Source: a virus | UHGV virus genome: UHGV-1374671 | Strand: one strand, 5' to 3' | DNA: 64,000 bases | Shown here: piece after piece, positions 59,356-64,000 of the stretch | How the letters are laid out: the number at the start of each line of letters is the position of its first letter | Position numbering within the stretch: position 1 is the first letter of the stretch | Notes under the pieces: generated by a model | Databases searched by the model: none | Seen by the model: only the letters and a program-made list of their open reading frames with translations | What the model was told of the DNA's origin: nothing | Position numbers and translations under genes: made by a program

Positions 59356-60462
59356 GTGATAAGCAGAGCTCATACAATCAAGCTGAAACCCAATAAAGCA
59401 CAGGCGATCATGCTGGCCAAGACGGCCGGTACTGCCAGGTATGCCTACAACTGGGGATTGGCCAAGTGGAATGAGCTGTACGAAGCCGGTGAGAAGTGCA
59501 GTGCTTACAGCCTGATGAAACTTTGGCAAGAAGGCAGACCTGACTGGGCATTGGAAGTGGGCGCTGCGTGTTTGCAGCGCCCGTTCATGCACCTGGAAGG
59601 CGCCTTCAAAGCGTTCTTCAGAGGACAGCGTAAGCACCCAACCTTTCACAAGAAGGGTTTGCGGGACGGGTTCTACGTCCCGAATACTCATTTCAAACTC
59701 CGTGGTAACAAGGTTCAGCTACCCAAGTGCGGACTTGTCAGAATGACCGAGCGTATTCGTTACGCGGATGTGAAGGTTGTTTCTTCGGCAGTCAAGCACC
59801 AGGCAGACGGCTGGTATGTCGTAATCCAGGTCGAGCTTGAAGAGGAACACAGAACCGAATCCGACTCTTTTGTCGGAGTCGATGTCGGATGTACCCAGCT
59901 CGCAACAGCGAGCGACGGTACGACCTGCTGCTCACCGGCCAAGCTCAAAGACCTGGAACGTCAGCTGAAACGTAGACAGCGCTTGCTGGCACGCAAAGCC
60001 AAGGGCTCCAACAATCGAGCGAAAGCGAGATTGAAGGTAGCCCGTACCTGGCAACGAATCAACAATATCAAACAAGACACAGCTCACAAGTTCACTGCAC
60101 TCATTGCCAAGAACCACGGCACTGTTTGCATTGAAAAGCTGGATGTGAAGAGTATGCAATCAGGAGACAACGCCCTCGTAAGAAAGGGCGTGCATAACTC
60201 CTGCATGTCGGAAATCCTGAGACAACTCAAGTACAAGTGTAACAACTTTATTGAAGTTGACAAGTATTTCCCGTCCAGTAAGACTTGTTCGAACTGTGGG
60301 CACATAAACGCTGAACTGACCCTTGGGGATCGCACGTATAATTGTCCGGGCTGCGGACTGAAAATCGACAGGGATCTGAACGCAGCGTTGAACCTCCGTA
60401 AGGAGGGTCTGAGGATTTACACGGTGGGTCACACCGGCAGTGCCTGTGGAGTTGCCCGGTAA
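59356..60462 (+). CDS. tnpB: TnpB (IS605 OrfB family RNA-guided endonuclease)
   Basis: RuvC-I VGVDVG, RuvC-II E in CIEKLD, zinc finger CSNCGH...CPGCG, RuvC-III DRDLNAALNL; N-terminal OrfB helix-turn-helix region; GTG start after GGAAG. Confidence 0.75.
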   Translation: MISRAHTIKLKPNKAQAIMLAKTAGTARYAYNWGLAKWNELYEAGEKCSAYSLMKLWQEGRPDWALEVGAACLQRPFMHLEGAFKAFFRGQRKHPTFHKKGLRDGFYVPNTHFKLRGNKVQLPKCGLVRMTERIRYADVKVVSSAVKHQADGWYVVIQVELEEEHRTESDSFVGVDVGCTQLATASDGTTCCSPAKLKDLERQLKRRQRLLARKAKGSNNRAKARLKVARTWQRINNIKQDTAHKFTALIAKNHGTVCIEKLDVKSMQSGDNALVRKGVHNSCMSEILRQLKYKCNNFIEVDKYFPSSKTCSNCGHINAELTLGDRTYNCPGCGLKIDRDLNAALNLRKEGLRIYTVGHTGSACGVAR

Positions 60463-60559
60463 CGGGCGGCGCTGAAGCAGGAAGATTCATAAGAATCGTG
60501 AACAGAACCACTCGGACGAGCCTGACGAGCTCCAGCTGTGTGCCGAGAACGTCAAAATC

Positions 60560-61453
60560 GTGTGCGAAATGGAGAAACCGTCACTGCGGAAAGACGCCAG
60601 GAACATGTACTCGAAGCTCCTGGAGGACTACGAGATCATGGCGTTCGACCAGGCCACCAAGGGAATCGTCATGCCGTCGTTTGTGGCGCATCTGATGGAG
60701 CACTACAACAAGCAGCGTGATTCCGGAGAGGTCGCAGCAAAGGGCTACGACTTCGGAGCCGCAGTCAAGTACGCCAGCGAGTACATCGACGATCATCCTG
60801 AATGGCTGTCGAAATCCGAGCAGATAGGTCCCAGCAAATTCTTCCAGAATCATGTGAAGGGCATCATGGAGGCCAATCCGAAGCTGGAGCTGGAGACCAC
60901 TCCCAAGAGTGGGGCAGTCAAGCTGACACTCAAGGACAAGTGGCGGTTGGAGGACAACGGCATCAAGGACAAGTTCTTGGATGCTTACATTGACTTCAAT
61001 CATTGCCAGAAATATTTAAGTACCTATATGAACCGTTTGTTCATCAAAGGGGATAATCGGATACATGCCAGGTTCACAAATATTTTGCGGACCGGACGTA
61101 CCAGCTGCACCGGACCTAACTTGCAGAATTATCCCAGCAGGGACAAGGTGTTTCCGTTGAAGAACATCTTCTGTCCTTACGATGGCATGCTGTTGTGTGC
61201 TACCGACTTCTCGTTTATTGAGTTGTGTGGCTTTGCCCAGTCCTGTTACAGCAGGTTTGGGTTCAGCGTTATGCGCGACGTCATCAACGCAGGTCTGGAT
61301 CCGCACCGCTGGTTCGCAGCGGTGATGGACAAGCTGATCAAGCCGGACCTGACGCACAAGGACGACCCGAAATGGGTCGCGGAACTGAAAGGATTTTTGA
61401 AAGCAAATGTAGACGATTCAAGACGACAAAAGGCCAAAATGGCCAATTTCGGT
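60560..61453 (+). CDS. family-A DNA polymerase palm/fingers segment (pre-motif A RIHARFTNILRTGRTSCTGPNLQNYP, motif A DFSFIELC, motif B RRQKAKMANFG)
   Basis: frame open from 60476 immediately after tnpB; ORF stops 6 codons after NFG inside motif B. Confidence 0.6.
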
Positions 61454-61672
61454 CGACCATCAAGGCCGAATTAAAACTGCGGAATTAAGCGGGGAACTCT
61501 CATTGAGACGATCCGAACCGAAGCCTGGAAGGGATTCCAGTCAGGGACAGAGCATACCGGCAGGGGAAGAACTCCCATCAGCCGACACGAGGCCGCAGCA
61601 ACTGGAGAAACAACTCTGGTTGAAAAGATATGCCGAGCTGTGTGGCGACATACAGAAGTGCTGGATAAAAAG
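61454..61672 (+). ncRNA. small group I-like intron (~215 nt) interrupting polymerase motif B
   Basis: interrupts conserved NFGxxYG motif with stops in all frames; shares GCGGGGAACTC and CGAAGCCTGGAAGGGATTCC blocks with the other two introns; boundaries approximate. Confidence 0.45.
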
Positions 61673-62328
61673 CCGGCACGATAACAAAACTGTTTCCAGG
61701 AGCACTGGGTGTCAAGACTTTCTACAGGAACTGCAGGGAGTCCGGCGTACACCTGACCATGGAAGAAGCTGAATTCATGCGGGATGCGTGGATCAGCACT
61801 TTCAAGGAAATGAAGTTCCACATGAAGCCAGAGAAGTTGCGTAACTCGACAGGGTTCGGCAACCAGTTCGGCTTCAGGGACGACGAAGAAGAGTACATCG
61901 ACCCGTCCGAGCAGGACAGGCAGTTGTACAGGGCAAAATTAATTAATGGAATGGTTAGAAACAGGTGCAGTTTCAATGCGGCCTGTAATATGCAATTCCA
62001 AGGGCTCGTGGCATTTGGCGCGAAGCTGGCAGGCTGGAATCTAGTAACTCACGGATACGAACATAGAGTAGTCAATTTCGTACACGACGAATTTCTGTAC
62101 TGCCTGTATCCGGAGGAGCTCAAGGTCCACATCCCTGTCATTGAGCGCCTGATGATCGACGGGATGAGAGTTGCCATCCCGGATGTTAAAGTAGGAGTGG
62201 AATCCAGCGTCATGCGTCATTGGGACAAGAAGGCGACGGAATTCCACGACGTGAAGTGGGACGAGCAGGGAAGACCGCTCATTGAAGAGCCGCTGTTCGT
62301 CCAGAGTGTTCTCAAAATGGCCCAGTAG
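61673..62328 (+). CDS. family-A DNA polymerase C-terminal segment (O-helix tail...motif C VHDE)
   Basis: KLFPGALGVKTF...EEAEFMRDAWISTF continues the post-motif-B region; HDEFLY = motif C. Confidence 0.55.
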
Positions 62329-62356
62329 GGCGAACGAAAACGAAAGGTACGCAAGA

Positions 62357-63862
62357 ATGAAAACGACAATTGGTGCAACCACCCGCAGCAACCGCAGCGA
62401 GTACGTATCCATCGTCAAGAAGGAGTTCCGCAAGGGCTACACCATCCCCATGATTCCCTATCAGACGAACGGCATCATCAGCAAGTCGCTGTGGCCGTCC
62501 CGGGATCAGATGGTCCGGATCGTTCCAGGATACGATCCCGTCACCGGCCAGGTGTTCAGCCAGAACATCAACGCCAACGAATACTGCACGGACGCCAACC
62601 TGCAGGACTACCTCAGCGACACGTTTATCCTGTCCACCGTTGTGAACGGATTCGGCGCTTCCCGTCAGACCTTCATCACTGACTTCGCTCCCGGTTCCCC
62701 GGACGAGGAGAAGTGGGGAGGCGACACTCCGATTCACTGGTTTATCCGTAACATGTTCTACAGCGTGAACAGCAAGAGTAAACGGAAACCCAAGTACCAG
62801 CCCATCAATGAATGGAACATCTGGTGCGGCAAGAACGGGACCATTTCGTTCGACAAGGCTGCCCTCATGTTCCAGGCGCTGATGTACAAGATCAACGGCA
62901 AGGAGATGCAGGACGAGAACGAGCAGCCGCTGGTGGACGAGTATGGCAATGCGTTGCCGCTGTTCGGCATTGTGACCATCGACAACGTGGCATCGATCAA
63001 CCTGCTGATGCAGGCGCTGGTCGAGCCTACGAATCCTGCCCTGCCGCTGGATGCCATCAACAATAACAAGTATGGGGGTCTCGCTGAAATGAACGGCAAT
63101 ATGTTGTTCCTGAACAGCGTGAAGGATCCGGAATCCGGCAAGAGCATGATGCGCCCGTCCGTTCAGCTTCCCGGCAAGGGCTGGACTGCGACACCGCTCC
63201 CGTTGTCCGAGGATAATGTTAAGGCGCTGTGGCGTCCGTGGGAGCAGATCCTGCACTACATGACCGCTGAGGAACAGCTGAAGCTGCTGGCTGCGGAATT
63301 CGGAGCTGACACCGTGAACTATCTGATCGGTACTGATCCGAAGTTCGCGGATCTGCAGATGCCGGATGAAATTGCCAAGGCAGGTTTCGGCCGGTATGCG
63401 CAGTTCTGCGGCGGTGTGTCTGTACCGCAGAAGATCACGCTCCAGCAGAACACTGCTCCGGCTGCGAATGGCGGACTTGCTGCTCCCGGGATTGCGATGC
63501 CTGGTGCCAGTGTGGCTATTCCCGCCGTTCCTGCTGCTCCTGCCGCTCCTGCTGCTCCGGCAGTTCCCAAGGCTGCTGGCTTGGCTGCTCCCAGGCCGGC
63601 CGTTCCGGTGCCTCCATCCCCGGTTGCAAAGCCGGCGGTATCGGTGCCCGGTATGGCTGTGAGTAACGCAGTCGATCCCAAGAAGATCGCCGAGGAGGTC
63701 AGGAAGATGAAGGCGGCTGGAATCAATACCCCGGTTACCCCGGCCTCCAGAGAGCTCGAGGATCAGGCTGCCGCAGCTGCCACGCTGCTCGAAGGAGATG
63801 ACGAGGATCTGGAACAGGTTGTTCCCGAGTTTGTAGAAGACCCCACTGAAACCGAGGAATGA
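62357..63862 (+). CDS. candidate single-stranded DNA-binding protein (globular domain + P/A-rich linker + acidic C-terminal tail)
   Basis: architecture only: PAAPAAPAVP linker and DDEDLEQVVPEFVEDPTETEE tail typical of SSBs; position in replication module. Confidence 0.3.
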   Translation: MKTTIGATTRSNRSEYVSIVKKEFRKGYTIPMIPYQTNGIISKSLWPSRDQMVRIVPGYDPVTGQVFSQNINANEYCTDANLQDYLSDTFILSTVVNGFGASRQTFITDFAPGSPDEEKWGGDTPIHWFIRNMFYSVNSKSKRKPKYQPINEWNIWCGKNGTISFDKAALMFQALMYKINGKEMQDENEQPLVDEYGNALPLFGIVTIDNVASINLLMQALVEPTNPALPLDAINNNKYGGLAEMNGNMLFLNSVKDPESGKSMMRPSVQLPGKGWTATPLPLSEDNVKALWRPWEQILHYMTAEEQLKLLAAEFGADTVNYLIGTDPKFADLQMPDEIAKAGFGRYAQFCGGVSVPQKITLQQNTAPAANGGLAAPGIAMPGASVAIPAVPAAPAAPAAPAVPKAAGLAAPRPAVPVPPSPVAKPAVSVPGMAVSNAVDPKKIAEEVRKMKAAGINTPVTPASRELEDQAAAAATLLEGDDEDLEQVVPEFVEDPTETEE

Positions 63863-63864
63863 AA

Positions 63865-64000
63865 ATGGCCGTGAGCTTCATTGACTCATTGATGGACGAT
63901 CTTGTCAAGGACGACAAGGAAGGCGCCATCATGACAGTTCAGGAGCTCCGTGAGCATCAGTACGGGATACCGTTGCGTTACTATGCGCAGCGGTATCTTT
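63865..64000 (+). CDS. hypothetical protein, 3'-partial
   Basis: ATG 63865 after GAGGAATGA; ORF runs off window. Confidence 0.4.
   Translation, partial: MAVSFIDSLMDDLVKDDKEGAIMTVQELREHQYGIPLRYYAQRYL

Larger units (their letters stand above)
59248..60481 (+). mobile_element. IS200/IS605-family (IS1341-like, tnpB-only) element inserted at 3' end of the intron = IStron-like chimera
   Basis: homology to helicase intron breaks after TTGAACA at 59247; left-end hairpin; promoter; tnpB; right end approximate. Confidence 0.5.

Noticed and set aside
61454-61672. Intein interpretation of the polymerase motif-B interruption
   Set aside because: The insertion contains stop codons in the polymerase frame and changes frame, so it cannot be an in-frame intein. 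An intron or a pseudogene are the alternatives.
1-64000. CRISPR array
   Set aside because: No regularly spaced identical repeats of 24-40 nt were seen anywhere in the window.

Overview
This 64-kb window looks like a contiguous piece of a large tailed-phage genome with a contractile (myovirus-like) tail. GC is roughly 55% by eye.

Layout: bases 1-43057 are one long plus-strand late/structural operon. It runs scaffold/protease C-terminus, capsid proteins, a large virion protein and a Cys/Trp-rich protein cluster. Then come neck proteins, tail sheath, tail tube, a tail-assembly chaperone pair with a candidate -1 frameshift, a 973-aa tape-measure protein, and baseplate and tail-fibre genes. The operon ends with an embedded sigma-70-family gene and a second sigma-like regulator plus accessory genes. 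Bases 43058-44858 are a 1.8-kb convergent non-coding region full of stem-loops, including a family of hairpins with an invariant TGCTTCG loop. A minus-strand island (44859-47086) carries the terminase large subunit. It is followed by a second structured non-coding region (47.7-49.3 kb) holding a GC-rich island of perfect palindromes and diverged ~110-bp direct repeats. From 49287 a plus-strand replication/recombination module begins: SbcD/Mre11, SbcC/Rad50, an SF2 helicase, a DnaB-family helicase, a DnaG-type primase, a family-A DNA polymerase and a candidate SSB.

The most notable content is three homologous self-splicing group I introns in the replication genes: one in the helicase and two in the DNA polymerase region. 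They share the P3/P4-like motif AATTGCTGGGAA and a UAGUC P7-like element. The first polymerase intron carries a complete IS200/IS605-family TnpB gene (an RNA-guided nuclease) with a left-end hairpin and its own promoter. This is an IStron-like chimera sitting in an essential phage gene.

No tRNA, rRNA or CRISPR array was found. All functional calls are from motif-level reading of the translations, with no database search.
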